Source: an uncultured Geminicoccaceae bacterium
Lineage (GTDB): Bacteria > Pseudomonadota > Alphaproteobacteria > Geminicoccales > Geminicoccaceae
DNA length: 64,000 nt
Assembly: GCA_964402505.1 (NCBI GenBank)
Contig: CAYOCP010000016.1
Coordinates: 27,853 to 91,852, forward strand
Direction: 5' to 3'
The notes beneath the pieces were generated by a model. The model worked only from the letters and a program-made list of their open reading frames with translations. It did no database searches and was not told the DNA's origin. This document shows positions 11,346-24,669 of this stretch, one piece after another. Position 1 is the stretch's first letter. Each line of letters starts with the position of its first letter. Both the position numbers and the translations under genes were made by a program.

Positions 11346-11842
11346 CCTCGACCCTGCCGGACCCGTTCCTCGAGGCGGCCTTTCGCCTGCTCGATCTCTG
11401 CCGCCGGCGGCGGCTCACCATCGCCACGGCCGAGAGCTGCACCGGCGGGCTGATCGCCGCCTGCCTGACCGAGATCGCGGGCTCATCCGACGTGGTGGAG
11501 CGCGGCTTCGTCACCTACTCCAACGCCGCCAAGCGGGAGCTGCTCGGCGTCCACGCCGCCACGCTCGAGCGCCACGGCGCCGTCTCCGCCGAGGCCGCCG
11601 TGGAGATGGTGGAAGGGGCGCTCGCCCACTCCCCCGCCGACCTCGCCGTCGCCGTCACCGGCATCGCCGGCCCCGGCGGTGCCACGGCGGAGAAACCGGT
11701 CGGGCTCGTGTTCCTGGCGGCACGGCGTCGAGGTGCCCCACCGGTCGTCGAGCGCCACGTCTTCCCGGGCGACCGTCGGCAGGTGCGCACCGCCACCCTC
11801 GATCGCGCCCTCGCCATGCTGGAGCGGATGGCCGCGGGCTGA
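11342..11842 (+). CDS. pncC: CinA C-terminal domain / nicotinamide-nucleotide amidohydrolase PncC family
   Basis: 166 aa with TIATAESCTGGLIAACLTEIAGSS and GIAGPGG motifs. ATGA start/stop overlap with ispDF. Confidence 0.85.
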   Translation: MTSTLPDPFLEAAFRLLDLCRRRRLTIATAESCTGGLIAACLTEIAGSSDVVERGFVTYSNAAKRELLGVHAATLERHGAVSAEAAVEMVEGALAHSPADLAVAVTGIAGPGGATAEKPVGLVFLAARRRGAPPVVERHVFPGDRRQVRTATLDRALAMLERMAAG

Positions 11843-11853
11843 GGCACCGGCGC

Positions 11854-12336
11854 TCAGCCGGGTGAATGGACCGGCGTTTCCAGCCGCTCGCCCGACGCCT
11901 GCCGCTCGCCGTAGAGCTGCTTCGCGCGGGCCTCGAAGGCGGCCACCATGCGCTGCACCGCCTGGTCGAAGAGGAGGCCGATCAGCTTTTGCAGCATCTT
12001 CGAGCGGAACTCGAAATCGACGTAGAAATCGACGACGCAGCCGCCTTCCGGTGCCGGCAGGAAGCGCCAGTGATTGTTGAGATAGCGAAACGGGCCGTTG
12101 ATGTACGCGACATCGACGCCCGTCTTCGGGATCAGCGTCACCTTGGAGGTGAAGCGCTCGCGAAAGACCTTGAAGGCGATGACGAGGTCGGCCCAGAAGA
12201 CGTCGCCCTCGCGCCGCGTGATGCGCGCCGCCTTGCACCAGGGCAGGAACTCCGGATATCGATCGACCCCCGCCACCAGCTCGTAGAGCTGCTCCGGCGT
12301 GTAGGGCAGGCGACGCTTCTCGGCATAGGTCGGCAT
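11854..12336 (-). CDS. ratA: SRPBCC-fold RatA / COQ10-like protein
   Basis: 160 aa: MPTYAEKRRLPYTPEQLYELVAGVDRYPEFLPWC... is the typical polyketide-cyclase/RatA family N-terminus. Conserved neighbour of lipA. Confidence 0.78.
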   Translation of the reverse strand: MPTYAEKRRLPYTPEQLYELVAGVDRYPEFLPWCKAARITRREGDVFWADLVIAFKVFRERFTSKVTLIPKTGVDVAYINGPFRYLNNHWRFLPAPEGGCVVDFYVDFEFRSKMLQKLIGLLFDQAVQRMVAAFEARAKQLYGERQASGERLETPVHSPG

Positions 12337-12354
12337 GGCGGGTCCGGCCGGTCG

Positions 12355-13263
12355 TCAGGCGGCCGCACGAGCTTGGCGCGCCTCGCGCAGCCGCTCGAAA
12401 TCGGCACCCGCATGATGCGACGAGCGGGTCAGGGGGCTGGCCGAGACCATGAGGAAGCCCTTGGCCCGCGCCGACCGCTCGATGCCCGAGAACTCCTCGG
12501 GCGGCACGAAGCGCGCGACCTCGTGATGGCGCGGCGTCGGCTGCAGGTACTGGCCCACGGTCAGGAAATCGATGTCGGCCGAGCGCATGTCGTCCATCAC
12601 CTGCAGGATCTCACGCTTCTCCTCGCCGAGGCCGACCATGATGCCGGACTTGGTGAAGATTGCGGGATCCAGCTCCTTCACCTGCTGCAGCAGGCGCAGC
12701 GAATGGAAGTAGCGCGCCCCCGGCCGCACCGTCCGGTAGAGCCGGGGCACGGTCTCGAGGTTGTGGTTGTAGACATCGGGCCGCGCCGCCACGACCTTCT
12801 CGATCGCCCCGGGCTTGCGCAGGAAATCAGGTGTCAGGATCTCGATCGTGGTCGAGGGCGACGCCGCCCGGATCGCCTCGATGCAGCGCACGAACTGGAA
12901 GGCGCCGCCATCCGCCAAGTCGTCACGATCGACCGAGGTGATGACCACGTGCCGCAGGCCCATGGTCAGGACCACCTCGGCCAGATGTGCCGGCTCCTGC
13001 GGGTCGACCGCGCGCGGCAGGCCGGTCTTGACGTTGCAGAAGGCGCAGGCGCGCGTGCAGGTGTCGCCGAGAATCATCACCGTGGCGTGCTTCTGCGTCC
13101 AGCACTCGCCGATGTTCGGGCAGGCCGCCTCCTCGCAGACCGTGTGCAGACGCTTCTCGCGCATCAGCTTCCTGGTCTCGTGATAGCTGTCCGAGGAGGG
13201 CGCCTTGACCCTGATCCAGGCGGGCTTGCGGGTGATCTTGCGATCGAGGGTGACGGTGGCCAT
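12355..13263 (-). CDS. lipA: Lipoyl synthase
   Basis: Auxiliary cluster [12 protein letters not shown] and radical-SAM [10 protein letters not shown] motifs; 302 aa. Confidence 0.96.
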   Translation of the reverse strand: MATVTLDRKITRKPAWIRVKAPSSDSYHETRKLMREKRLHTVCEEAACPNIGECWTQKHATVMILGDTCTRACAFCNVKTGLPRAVDPQEPAHLAEVVLTMGLRHVVITSVDRDDLADGGAFQFVRCIEAIRAASPSTTIEILTPDFLRKPGAIEKVVAARPDVYNHNLETVPRLYRTVRPGARYFHSLRLLQQVKELDPAIFTKSGIMVGLGEEKREILQVMDDMRSADIDFLTVGQYLQPTPRHHEVARFVPPEEFSGIERSARAKGFLMVSASPLTRSSHHAGADFERLREARQARAAA

Positions 13264-13607
13264 CAGGCTTCCGGTGCTTCGGGTTGGTGGAGGATCTCGA
13301 GCTTGGCGGCGAGGTCGGAAGGCAGCTTCGTCGTCTCGTCGATGACGGCCCTCCGGAGCTGCTCGACCGTGAGGTTCCTCGCATCGGTCAAATCCGCGCC
13401 GCGGAGATCGGCACCCTCGAGGTTCGTGCCGCCCAGATCGGCGTTCCTGAACGAGGACCCTCGGAACGAGGCGTGCCGGGCATCCGCTCCAGCAAAATTG
13501 GCGTTCTCGAGGTCGACACGATCGAGCTCGACACGACGAATGAAAGCGCCATGCAGGTCGAGCCGAAAGCCGCCCTGTCTCAGTCGCTCGCCAATCGCCG
13601 TCCTCAT
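13263..13607 (-). CDS. Pentapeptide-repeat protein
   Basis: 114 aa dominated by A(D/N)LxX repeats ([41 protein letters not shown]). Its stop overlaps the lipA start by 1 nt (TGATG). Confidence 0.8.
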   Translation of the reverse strand: MRTAIGERLRQGGFRLDLHGAFIRRVELDRVDLENANFAGADARHASFRGSSFRNADLGGTNLEGADLRGADLTDARNLTVEQLRRAVIDETTKLPSDLAAKLEILHQPEAPEA

Positions 13608-13780
13608 CGCCGCTCCCGAAGGTGATCCGCCACCATCGTCATGATCGTTCGGATATCGACAGGCGGCCCCGCCTCGTCCTCATCCGGCTCTCTGTTCCTA
13701 ACATAGGCCACCAGCAGCTCGAACGCATCCCCCGCGAGATCGGGGAAGTCACCGGCGATCTGCCACCCGATATCGCCCAT
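13604..13780 (-). CDS. Hypothetical 58-aa protein (below the ORF-track cutoff)
   Basis: [58 protein letters not shown]. Its ATG directly abuts the lpdA stop (TAGATG) and its TGA overlaps the ATG of the pentapeptide gene (ATGA). No family recognised. Confidence 0.35.
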   Translation of the reverse strand: MGDIGWQIAGDFPDLAGDAFELLVAYVRNREPDEDEAGPPVDIRTIMTMVADHLRERR

Positions 13781-15181
13781 CTAGAAATGAATGGCGCGTC
13801 CATAGGCGTCGAGCACCGATTCGTGCATCATCTCGGAGAGGGTCGGGTGCGGGAAGATGGTGTGCATCAGGTCGAGCTCGGTCGCCTCGACCTGCCGGGC
13901 GATGACGTAGCCCTGGATCAGCTCGGTCACCTCGGCACCGATCATGTGGGCACCCAGGAGCTCGCCGGTCTCGGCATCGAAGACCGTCTTGACCAGCCCC
14001 TCGGGCTCCCCGAGCGCTATGGCCTTGCCGTTGCCGATGAAGGGGAACCTGCCGACCTTGACCTTGTGGCCCTTCTCCTTGGCCGCCGCCTCGGTCAGGC
14101 CGACCGAGGCCACTTGCGGGTTGCAGTAGGTGCAGCCCGGGATCTTGGTCACGTCCATCGGGTGCAGGCCCTTCACGCCGGCGATGCGCTCGACGCACAT
14201 GACACCTTCGTGGCTCGCCTTGTGGGCGAGCCAGGGCGGGCCGACCACGTCGCCGATGGCGTAGACGCCGGGCTCGCCGGTGCGGCACCACTCGTCGACG
14301 ACGATGTGGGTGCGGTCCACCTTCACGCCGGTCTTCTCGAGCCCGAGATTCTCCACATTGCCGACGATGCCGACCGCCATGACCACCCGATCGAAGGTCT
14401 GCTCCTGGCTCTTGCCGCCGGCCTCGATGGTCGCGGTCACCTTGTCCCCGCCCTTCTTCAGGGCCTTGACCTGGGCCTTGGTGATGATCTTGATGCCGCG
14501 CTTCTCGAACCGCTTCTGGGCGAAGGCCGAGATCTCGGCATCCTCCACCGGCAGCACCCGGTCGAGCACCTCGACCACCGTCACCTCCGCACCGAGCGAG
14601 CGGAAGAAGCTCGCGAACTCGATGCCGATGGCCCCGCTGCCGACCACGAGGAGCGACTTCGGCATGACGTCCGGCACCATCGCCTCCTTGTAGCTCCAGA
14701 CGAGCTTGCCATCAGATTCGAGCCCGGGGAGCTGTCGCGCACGGGCGCCCGTGGCGAGTATGATGTGCTTGGCGTCGAGCGTGACGTCATCGCCCTTGGT
14801 CGCCTTGACCGCGACCCTGCCCTTGCCGGCGAGCGACCCGGCACCGTCGAAGACGGTGACCTTGTTCTTCTTCAAGAGATGCGCCACGCCCTTGCTGAGC
14901 TGGCTCGCCACGCCGCGCGAGCGCTTGACCACGCGGGCGAGATCGAAGCCGAACTTCTCGACCGTGAGCCCGAACGATTCCGCATGACCAAAATAATCGT
15001 GTATCTCCGCCGTGCGCAGCAGCGCCTTGGTCGGAATGCAGCCCCAGTTGAGGCAGATGCCGCCCAAATGCTCCCGCTCGACCACCGCCGTCTTCAGGCC
15101 GAGCTGCGCGGAACGAATGGCGGCGACATAGCCCCCCGGCCCCCCACCGACGATGACGACATCGAACGAGGTCTCGGCCAT
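13781..15181 (-). CDS. lpdA: Dihydrolipoyl dehydrogenase (E3)
   Basis: FDVVIVGGGPGGYVAAIRSAQLG FAD motif, redox disulfide GGICLNWGCIPTKALL and a C-terminal dimerisation HAHPT-like HPHPTLSE. Start at ATG 15181 (MAETSFDVV...) inside tracked ORF 13781..15280. Confidence 0.95.
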   Translation of the reverse strand: MAETSFDVVIVGGGPGGYVAAIRSAQLGLKTAVVEREHLGGICLNWGCIPTKALLRTAEIHDYFGHAESFGLTVEKFGFDLARVVKRSRGVASQLSKGVAHLLKKNKVTVFDGAGSLAGKGRVAVKATKGDDVTLDAKHIILATGARARQLPGLESDGKLVWSYKEAMVPDVMPKSLLVVGSGAIGIEFASFFRSLGAEVTVVEVLDRVLPVEDAEISAFAQKRFEKRGIKIITKAQVKALKKGGDKVTATIEAGGKSQEQTFDRVVMAVGIVGNVENLGLEKTGVKVDRTHIVVDEWCRTGEPGVYAIGDVVGPPWLAHKASHEGVMCVERIAGVKGLHPMDVTKIPGCTYCNPQVASVGLTEAAAKEKGHKVKVGRFPFIGNGKAIALGEPEGLVKTVFDAETGELLGAHMIGAEVTELIQGYVIARQVEATELDLMHTIFPHPTLSEMMHESVLDAYGRAIHF

Positions 15182-15294
15182 GGTATTGCTCCCCGGCGGT
15201 GGTCGTTGCGGCGCTGCCCTTGGTTGTGGCGGGTTCACCCGGCTTGTCAACCGGCGGCGCCAATCGCATATGTGAGGCAATTCCGCAATCGGTG

Positions 15295-15561
15295 ATGCGC
15301 ATGCGCCACGTCTCGATCCGCGAGGCCAACCGGAGCCTCTCGCGCCTCCTCGAGGAGGTCGAACGAGGCGAGACCGTCGTCATCACCCGCGAGGGCAAGC
15401 CGGTCGCCCAACTCGCCCCCAGCCCCGCCAATCGGCGGGACGACCCCGAGGTCCGCGCGGCCCGTGAGCGGTGGTGTGCTCATCTGGACCGCTGGAAGGG
15501 CGACGGCTACCGGGTCGGGAGGATCACCGAGGACGACAAGTACGGCAACGCCGACACCTGA
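15295..15561 (+). CDS. Phd/YefM-type antitoxin
   Basis: MRMRHVSIREANRSLSRLLEEVERGETVVITREGKPVAQLAP is the canonical prevent-host-death N-terminus. Its stop overlaps the start of the PIN gene (TGATG). Confidence 0.72.
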   Translation: MRMRHVSIREANRSLSRLLEEVERGETVVITREGKPVAQLAPSPANRRDDPEVRAARERWCAHLDRWKGDGYRVGRITEDDKYGNADT

Positions 15562-16013
15562 TGTTGGCCGCCTTCGACTCCAACATCCTGATCTATGCGC
15601 ATCTGGAGCCTGATTCGGCAAAGGGCGCCCGCGCCAAGACGCTCTTGAAGGCTGCCGGCGCCAGCCGCGCGGTCGTTGCCGCGCAGGTGCTCGGCGAGCT
15701 TCTCTGGGTCGTCCGTCGACGTCGGCCGGACCTTCTCGATCTTGCGCTGGGAAGCGTCGAGCTGTTGCCACCGACGATCGAGGTGCCGCGTTCCGACCGC
15801 CACTCGATGACTGAAGCGGCCCGACTGGCGGAGCGGCACCGGCTGCAATTCTGGGACGCATTGATTCTTGTTGCGTCGGCCCGCGCGGGCGCAACCCACC
15901 TTCTCAGCGAGGACCTTCAGGACGGCGCTGTCATCGCCAACGTACGCCTCATTGATCCGTTTGCAGCTGCCAATCGCGAGTTGGTCGACCGCCTGCTGCC
16001 GCCGCTGCCATAG
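15561..16013 (+). CDS. vapC: PIN-domain toxin (VapC-like)
   Basis: 150 aa: MLAAFDSNILIYA... (first acidic residue), ...FWDALILVASARAGATHLLSEDLQDG... (distal acidic residues). Follows the antitoxin with a 1-nt overlap. Confidence 0.75.
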   Translation: MLAAFDSNILIYAHLEPDSAKGARAKTLLKAAGASRAVVAAQVLGELLWVVRRRRPDLLDLALGSVELLPPTIEVPRSDRHSMTEAARLAERHRLQFWDALILVASARAGATHLLSEDLQDGAVIANVRLIDPFAAANRELVDRLLPPLP

Positions 16014-16063
16014 GCCGATGGCGCATCCAGAGGCCGGTGCCCGGATCCGCCTTCCCGAGGCGC

Positions 16064-17413
16064 CTACAGCATCAGGCTGATCGGGTCCTCGACGAGCCTC
16101 TTGAAGGCCTGCAGCCATTCGGCGCCGAGGGCGCCGTCGACGACCCGATGATCGACCGAGAGCGTGGTGCTCATGACGGTGGCGATGGCGAGCGCGCCGT
16201 TCTTGACCACCGGGCGCTGCTCGCCGGCGCCGACGGCGAGGATGCAGGCCTGGGGTGGGTTGATGACGGCGGCGAAGTCCTTGATGCCGAACATGCCGAG
16301 ATTGGAGAGCGAGAAGCCGCCGCCCTGGAACTCCTCCGGCTTGAGCTTGCCTTCCTTGGCGCGGCCGGCGAGGTCCTTCATCTCGGCGGAGATCGTCGCC
16401 AGGCCCTTCTGGTCCGCCTTTCTGATGATCGGCGTGATCAGGCCGCCCTCGATGGCGACCGCCACCGAGACGTCGATGTCGGTGAGCTGATAGATCTTGT
16501 CGCCGCCCCAGATCGCATTGACCGCCGGCTTCTGCCGGATGGCGATGGCGGTCGCCTTGATGATCAGGTCGTTGACCGAGAGCTTGTAGTCGGCCCCCGG
16601 CCGCTCGTTCAGCTCCTTCCTGAGCTTGAGCAGGGCGTCGAGCTCGATGTCGACCGTCAGGTAGAAATGCGGGATCTGCTGCTTCGCCTCGGTCAGCCGG
16701 CGGGCGATCACCTTGCGCATGTTGGAGAGGCTGATCTCCTTGTGCGGCGCGTCCGGCGCACCGGCCACCGGTGCCGGTGCCGGGGCGGCGGCTTGCGCCG
16801 GCTTGGCCGCGGCGGGCGCCGCCTTCCCCACACCCTTCTCGAGTGCCGCCTCGATGTCGACCTTGATGATTCGGCCGCGCGGTCCGCTGCCGGAGAGCGC
16901 CGCCAGATCGAGACCGGCCTTCTCGGCCATCCGCCGGGCGAGCGGGCTCGCGAAGATGCGGCCGTTGCCGCCGCCCTTCGAGGGGGCCGGCGCCGGCTTC
17001 GCCTCCGCCGCGCCGGACGGCGCTTCCTGCCCTTCGGTCCGCGGCGCCCGGGCCCGCTCCTGGTCGACCGGCGGCGCCCCTCCCGGTGCCGCCTTGGCCT
17101 CGCCATTGCCGCCATCGGGGCCGCCATCGGGGCCGCCATCGAGGGCACCCTCGAGCGCCGCCTCGTCCTCGCCCTCCTCGAGCAGGAGGCCGATCACGTC
17201 GTTGACGGCGACGCCCTCGGTGCCGGCCGGCACGACGATCCTGCCGAGCCGACCCTCGTCGACGGCCTCGACCTCCATGGTCGCCTTGTCGGTCTCGATC
17301 TCGGCGATGACATCGCCTGGGGCGACGCTGTCGCCCTCCTTCTTGAGCCAGGTGGCGAGGTTGCCCTCGGTCATGGTCGGCGAGAGCGCCGGCATCAGGA
17401 TCTTGATTGGCAT
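16064..17413 (-). CDS. pdhC: Pyruvate dehydrogenase E2 (dihydrolipoamide acetyltransferase)
   Basis: Lipoyl domain ([11 protein letters not shown]), Ala/Pro/Gly-rich linkers, a peripheral subunit-binding domain (ASPLARRMA) and a catalytic DHRVVDGA motif. Confidence 0.95.
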   Translation of the reverse strand: MPIKILMPALSPTMTEGNLATWLKKEGDSVAPGDVIAEIETDKATMEVEAVDEGRLGRIVVPAGTEGVAVNDVIGLLLEEGEDEAALEGALDGGPDGGPDGGNGEAKAAPGGAPPVDQERARAPRTEGQEAPSGAAEAKPAPAPSKGGGNGRIFASPLARRMAEKAGLDLAALSGSGPRGRIIKVDIEAALEKGVGKAAPAAAKPAQAAAPAPAPVAGAPDAPHKEISLSNMRKVIARRLTEAKQQIPHFYLTVDIELDALLKLRKELNERPGADYKLSVNDLIIKATAIAIRQKPAVNAIWGGDKIYQLTDIDVSVAVAIEGGLITPIIRKADQKGLATISAEMKDLAGRAKEGKLKPEEFQGGGFSLSNLGMFGIKDFAAVINPPQACILAVGAGEQRPVVKNGALAIATVMSTTLSVDHRVVDGALGAEWLQAFKRLVEDPISLML

Positions 17414-17434
17414 ATCGGACCTCCCGGCGAACCC

Positions 17435-18844
17435 CTAGCTCTTGTAGCAGACGGCCCTGGCCGCCTCGATCACGTCCTCGGTCTGCGGCAGCACCATGCG
17501 CTCCAGATTGGCGGCATAGGGCATGGGCACGTCCTTGCCGGTGACCCGGACGACCGGCGCATCCAGATAATCGAACGCGTCCTCCATCATCACCGCGGCG
17601 AGCTCGGCGCCGATGCCGCTCTGCGGCCAGCCCTCCTCGAGGCTGACCAGCCGGTTGGTCTTCTTGACCGAGTTGACCACGGTGGCCTTGTCGAGCGGGC
17701 GGATGGTGCGGAGATCGATGACCTCGGCCGAGATGCCCTCCTCGGCCAGGGCCTCGGCGGCCTCGAGGGCTCGGGTCATCATCAGCGAGAACGAGACGAT
17801 GGTGACGTCCTTGCCCGGGCGCACGATCTTCGCCTTGCCGATCGGCAGGACGAAGTCGTCGAGCTTCGGCACCTCGAAGGTCTGGCCGTAGAGCACCTCG
17901 TTCTCGAGGAAGACCACGGGATTGGGATCGCGGATCGCGGCCTTGAGGAGCCCCTTGGCGTCGGCGGCGCTGTAAGGCGCGATCACCTTGAGCCCCGGGC
18001 AGTGGCTGTACCAGGAGCTGTATTCCTGGCTGTGCTGGGCGGCGACCCGGGCGGCAGCACCGTTGGGCCCGCGGAACACGATGGGGCTGCCCATCTCGCC
18101 GCCGGCCATATAGAGCGTCTTGGCGGCCGAGTTGATGATGTGGTCGATCGCCTGCATGGCGAAGTTCCAGGTCATGAACTCGACGATCGGCCGAAGGCCG
18201 GCCATGGCGGCGCCGACGCCGAGCCCGGCGAACCCGTACTCGGTGATGGGCGTGTCGATCACCCGCTTCGCGCCGAACTCCTCGAGCAGTCCCTGGCTGA
18301 TCTTGTAGGCGCCCTGGTACTCGGCCACCTCCTCGCCCATCAGGAAGACGTCGCCATTGCGCCGCATCTCCTCGGCCATGGCATCGCGCAAGGCCTCCCT
18401 GACGGTCATCTTGACCATCTCGGTGCCTTCGGGAACCTCCGGCTCCTCCGGCTGCACGACCTCGGTCGGCAGGGTGGTCCGCTCGGGCTCATGCCGCTTC
18501 GCCTGCGGCTCCGCCTTCGCCTTCTCCGCCGGCGCTTCCGCGGCGGCCCCGGCACCATCGCCGCCGCCGGCGGCATAGCCGTCGAGCGCCGATTCGTCCT
18601 CGCCGTCGCCGAGCAGGAGCGCGATGGGCGTGTTGACGGCAACGCCCTCGCTGCCCTCGCCGATCAGGATCTTTCCGAGCGTGCCCTCGTCGACCGCCTC
18701 GACCTCCATGGTGGCCTTGTCGGTCTCGATCTCGGCGATGACATCGCCGGGTGCGACGCTGTCACCCTCCTTCTTCAGCCAGCGCGCCAGATTGCCTTCG
18801 GTCATGGTCGGCGAGAGCGCCGGCATCAGGATTTCCGTGGGCAT
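17435..18844 (-). CDS. pdhB: Pyruvate dehydrogenase E1 beta subunit with N-terminal lipoyl domain
   Basis: N-terminal lipoyl domain fused through an acidic/Ala linker to a transketolase-like E1 beta ([29 protein letters not shown]). Confidence 0.95.
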   Translation of the reverse strand: MPTEILMPALSPTMTEGNLARWLKKEGDSVAPGDVIAEIETDKATMEVEAVDEGTLGKILIGEGSEGVAVNTPIALLLGDGEDESALDGYAAGGGDGAGAAAEAPAEKAKAEPQAKRHEPERTTLPTEVVQPEEPEVPEGTEMVKMTVREALRDAMAEEMRRNGDVFLMGEEVAEYQGAYKISQGLLEEFGAKRVIDTPITEYGFAGLGVGAAMAGLRPIVEFMTWNFAMQAIDHIINSAAKTLYMAGGEMGSPIVFRGPNGAAARVAAQHSQEYSSWYSHCPGLKVIAPYSAADAKGLLKAAIRDPNPVVFLENEVLYGQTFEVPKLDDFVLPIGKAKIVRPGKDVTIVSFSLMMTRALEAAEALAEEGISAEVIDLRTIRPLDKATVVNSVKKTNRLVSLEEGWPQSGIGAELAAVMMEDAFDYLDAPVVRVTGKDVPMPYAANLERMVLPQTEDVIEAARAVCYKS

Positions 18845-18909
18845 CGTTTCAGCTTTCCCGGATCAGTCGAAGAATGGCCCCCATGGCGCAAGCCGATAGA
18901 GGAGCCGGA

Positions 18910-19944
18910 TCATACGGTGGCGACCTCGGCCTCGAGCAGAACGTCCGTCCAGAGCTCGGCGGGATCGGGCTCGGGGCTGTCCTGGGCGAAGCGGGCCGCC
19001 TCGTTGATGCTGTCGCGGACCTCCTTGTCCATGGCCTTCAGCTCGTCCTCGCTCGCGAGCTTCTCCTCGATGATCCGCTTGCGCAGCGTCTCGATCGGGT
19101 CGTGATGCTCGCGGTACTCCTGGACCTCCTCCTTCGTCCGGTACTTCGCCGGGTCGGACATCGAGTGGCCGCGATAGCGGTAGGTCATGGCCTCGAGGAT
19201 GTAGGGGCCCTTGCCGCCGCGGATGCCGGCGACCACCTCCTGCGCCTTCTCGTGCACCGCCACGACATCCATGCCGTCGACCTGCTCGCCCGGTATGCCG
19301 TAGGCGGAGCCGCGCTCGCAGAGCTTCTGCCCGGCCGAGGAGCGTGCCTGGGAGGTGCCCATGCCGTAGCGGTTGTTCTCGATCACGTAGAGCACCGGCA
19401 GCCCCCAGAGTGCCGCCATGTTGAAGCTCTCGTAGACCTGACCCTGGTTGGTGGCGCCGTCGCCGAGATAGGTGACGCAGAGCCCGCCATCCTCGCGATA
19501 CCTGTGGGCGAAGGCAATGCCGGTGCCGAGCGGCACCTGGCCGCCGACGATGCCGTGCCCGCCATAGAACTTCTTGTCCTTGGCGAACATGTGCATCGAG
19601 CCACCCTTGCCCTTCGAGTAGCCGGTGGCACGGCCCGTGAGCTCGGCCATGACCCTGCGTGGCTCCATGCCGCAAACCAGCATGTGCCCGTGGTCGCGAT
19701 AGCCGGTGATGACGGAATCCTCGTCGGAGAGCGCGTGCTGGATGCCGACCGCCACCGCCTCCTGGCCGATATAGAGATGGCAGAAGCCGCCGATCAGCCC
19801 CATGCCGTAAAGCTGGCCGGCCTTCTCCTCGAAACGGCGGATCAACAGCATCTCGCGATAGAATCCGAGCCACTGCTCGCCGGCGGCGGCCTTCTTGCTG
19901 CTCCGGCGGGCCGCCGGCTTCGTGCTGCTACTGGTCGCGTTCAT
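18910..19944 (-). CDS. pdhA: Pyruvate dehydrogenase E1 alpha subunit
   Basis: TPP-binding GDGATNQG and the phosphorylation-loop-like YRYRGHSMSDPAKYR; 344 aa. Confidence 0.95.
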   Translation of the reverse strand: MNATSSSTKPAARRSSKKAAAGEQWLGFYREMLLIRRFEEKAGQLYGMGLIGGFCHLYIGQEAVAVGIQHALSDEDSVITGYRDHGHMLVCGMEPRRVMAELTGRATGYSKGKGGSMHMFAKDKKFYGGHGIVGGQVPLGTGIAFAHRYREDGGLCVTYLGDGATNQGQVYESFNMAALWGLPVLYVIENNRYGMGTSQARSSAGQKLCERGSAYGIPGEQVDGMDVVAVHEKAQEVVAGIRGGKGPYILEAMTYRYRGHSMSDPAKYRTKEEVQEYREHHDPIETLRKRIIEEKLASEDELKAMDKEVRDSINEAARFAQDSPEPDPAELWTDVLLEAEVATV

Positions 19945-20070
19945 GAATGGACGGCCCTCCCGGTTGCGTTGCTGCTGCAGCCTCTGGGGTCAACTATAGC
20001 GAAGCGGCGCAGTTCCGCCAGCCAATTGCCGCGCACGCAAGCCATGCAGGAATGATTTCTCGCCTCGACC

Positions 20071-20409
20071 TTACCGCGTTGTCGGCTGGTCGAAGATCAC
20101 GACCTCGTTCTTGTGGACGAAGCCGAGGCCGAGCAGCGTCTCCTCGAGCAGATCCGGCGCCAGATGGTCGGGGCCGAGCGCGTTCACGCGCTGCTCGAGC
20201 CACTGCCGCTCGTCGCGGATCCGCGCGAGCTCGAGGCGCTTGGTCTCCAGCTCGTGCTGGCGATCGATCCAGGCAAAGAGGCCGCGGCTGCCGTGGATCG
20301 AATGGTAGGCGAAATAGGCGAGCACGACGACGAGGGCGGCCCCCAACCAGTGCCGTGCCGCCTGCTTGCGCAGGACGTAGGTCCGATAGGCGAGGCGATC
20401 GACCGTCAA
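20071..20409 (-). CDS. ftsB: Septum formation initiator (FtsB/DivIC family)
   Basis: Single N-terminal TM helix (WLGAALVVVLAYFAYHSI) followed by a coiled coil (ELETKRLELARIRDERQWLEQRVNAL). Start set at TTG 20409 so that it does not overlap eno; the tracked ORF runs to 20460. Confidence 0.68.
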   Translation of the reverse strand: MTVDRLAYRTYVLRKQAARHWLGAALVVVLAYFAYHSIHGSRGLFAWIDRQHELETKRLELARIRDERQWLEQRVNALGPDHLAPDLLEETLLGLGFVHKNEVVIFDQPTTR

Positions 20410-20425
20410 GCTGCCGCCCCCCGCC

Positions 20426-22563
<2,138 letters not shown>

Positions 22564-22567
22564 CGGT

Positions 22568-24196
<1,629 letters not shown>

Positions 24197-24294
24197 CAGG
24201 CGGAACTATCCATGCTGCGCATCACCAGGGCAAGCCCAAAGGTCGGGCCGTCTTCTCCATCCGGCCCCTCGCAACAGCCCGACCCGGGCTGATC

Positions 24295-24633
24295 TCAGTC
24301 GGCGACCGGCGCGGCCGGGGCGGCCGGTGCCGCGGGTGCCGCGGGCTCGGCCGGGGCCGCCGGGGCCGTCGTGCGCTGGGTGTCGAGGATCGAGACCGGA
24401 CCGCTGCCGCTGCTGGCGACATAGGCGAGGAGCAGGCTCATCAGCATGAAGCCCGCGGCCAGGATCGCCGTCGTGCGGGTCAGAAGGTTGGCGGTGCCGC
24501 GCCCGCTCATGACGCCGCCCATGGCGGTCCCGCCGAGCCCGCCGAGCGCTCCTCCCTCGCTGCGCTGGATCAGGATGACACCGACCAGCGCGATCGCGAT
24601 CAGCAGGTGGATGACGAGAAGGATGGTGGTCAT
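24295..24633 (-). CDS. secG: Preprotein translocase subunit SecG
   Basis: MTTILLVIHLLIAIALVGVILIQRSEGGALGG... is the typical SecG N-terminus, with a second TM helix and an Ala/Pro-rich tail. Confidence 0.85.
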   Translation of the reverse strand: MTTILLVIHLLIAIALVGVILIQRSEGGALGGLGGTAMGGVMSGRGTANLLTRTTAILAAGFMLMSLLLAYVASSGSGPVSILDTQRTTAPAAPAEPAAPAAPAAPAAPVAD

Positions 24634-24669
24634 GTCGAGAGACTTTCGAAGAGGCTTCGCAACGCGGAA

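Noticed and set aside
17085-17135. Short tandem DNA repeat (GCCGCCATCGGG-type units) inside pdhC
   Set aside because: It encodes the GGPDGGPDGG part of the flexible Ala/Pro/Gly inter-domain linker of E2. Such linker-region repeats are common and need no separate explanation.
16037-19105. 1022-aa plus-strand ORF, the longest in the track, spanning the PDH region
   Set aside because: It lies exactly antisense to pdhC and pdhB, whose translations carry unambiguous lipoyl, E2 and E1-beta motifs. Its own translation is low-complexity (R/G/A/D/L-rich) with no recognisable motif. It is a typical high-GC shadow ORF.
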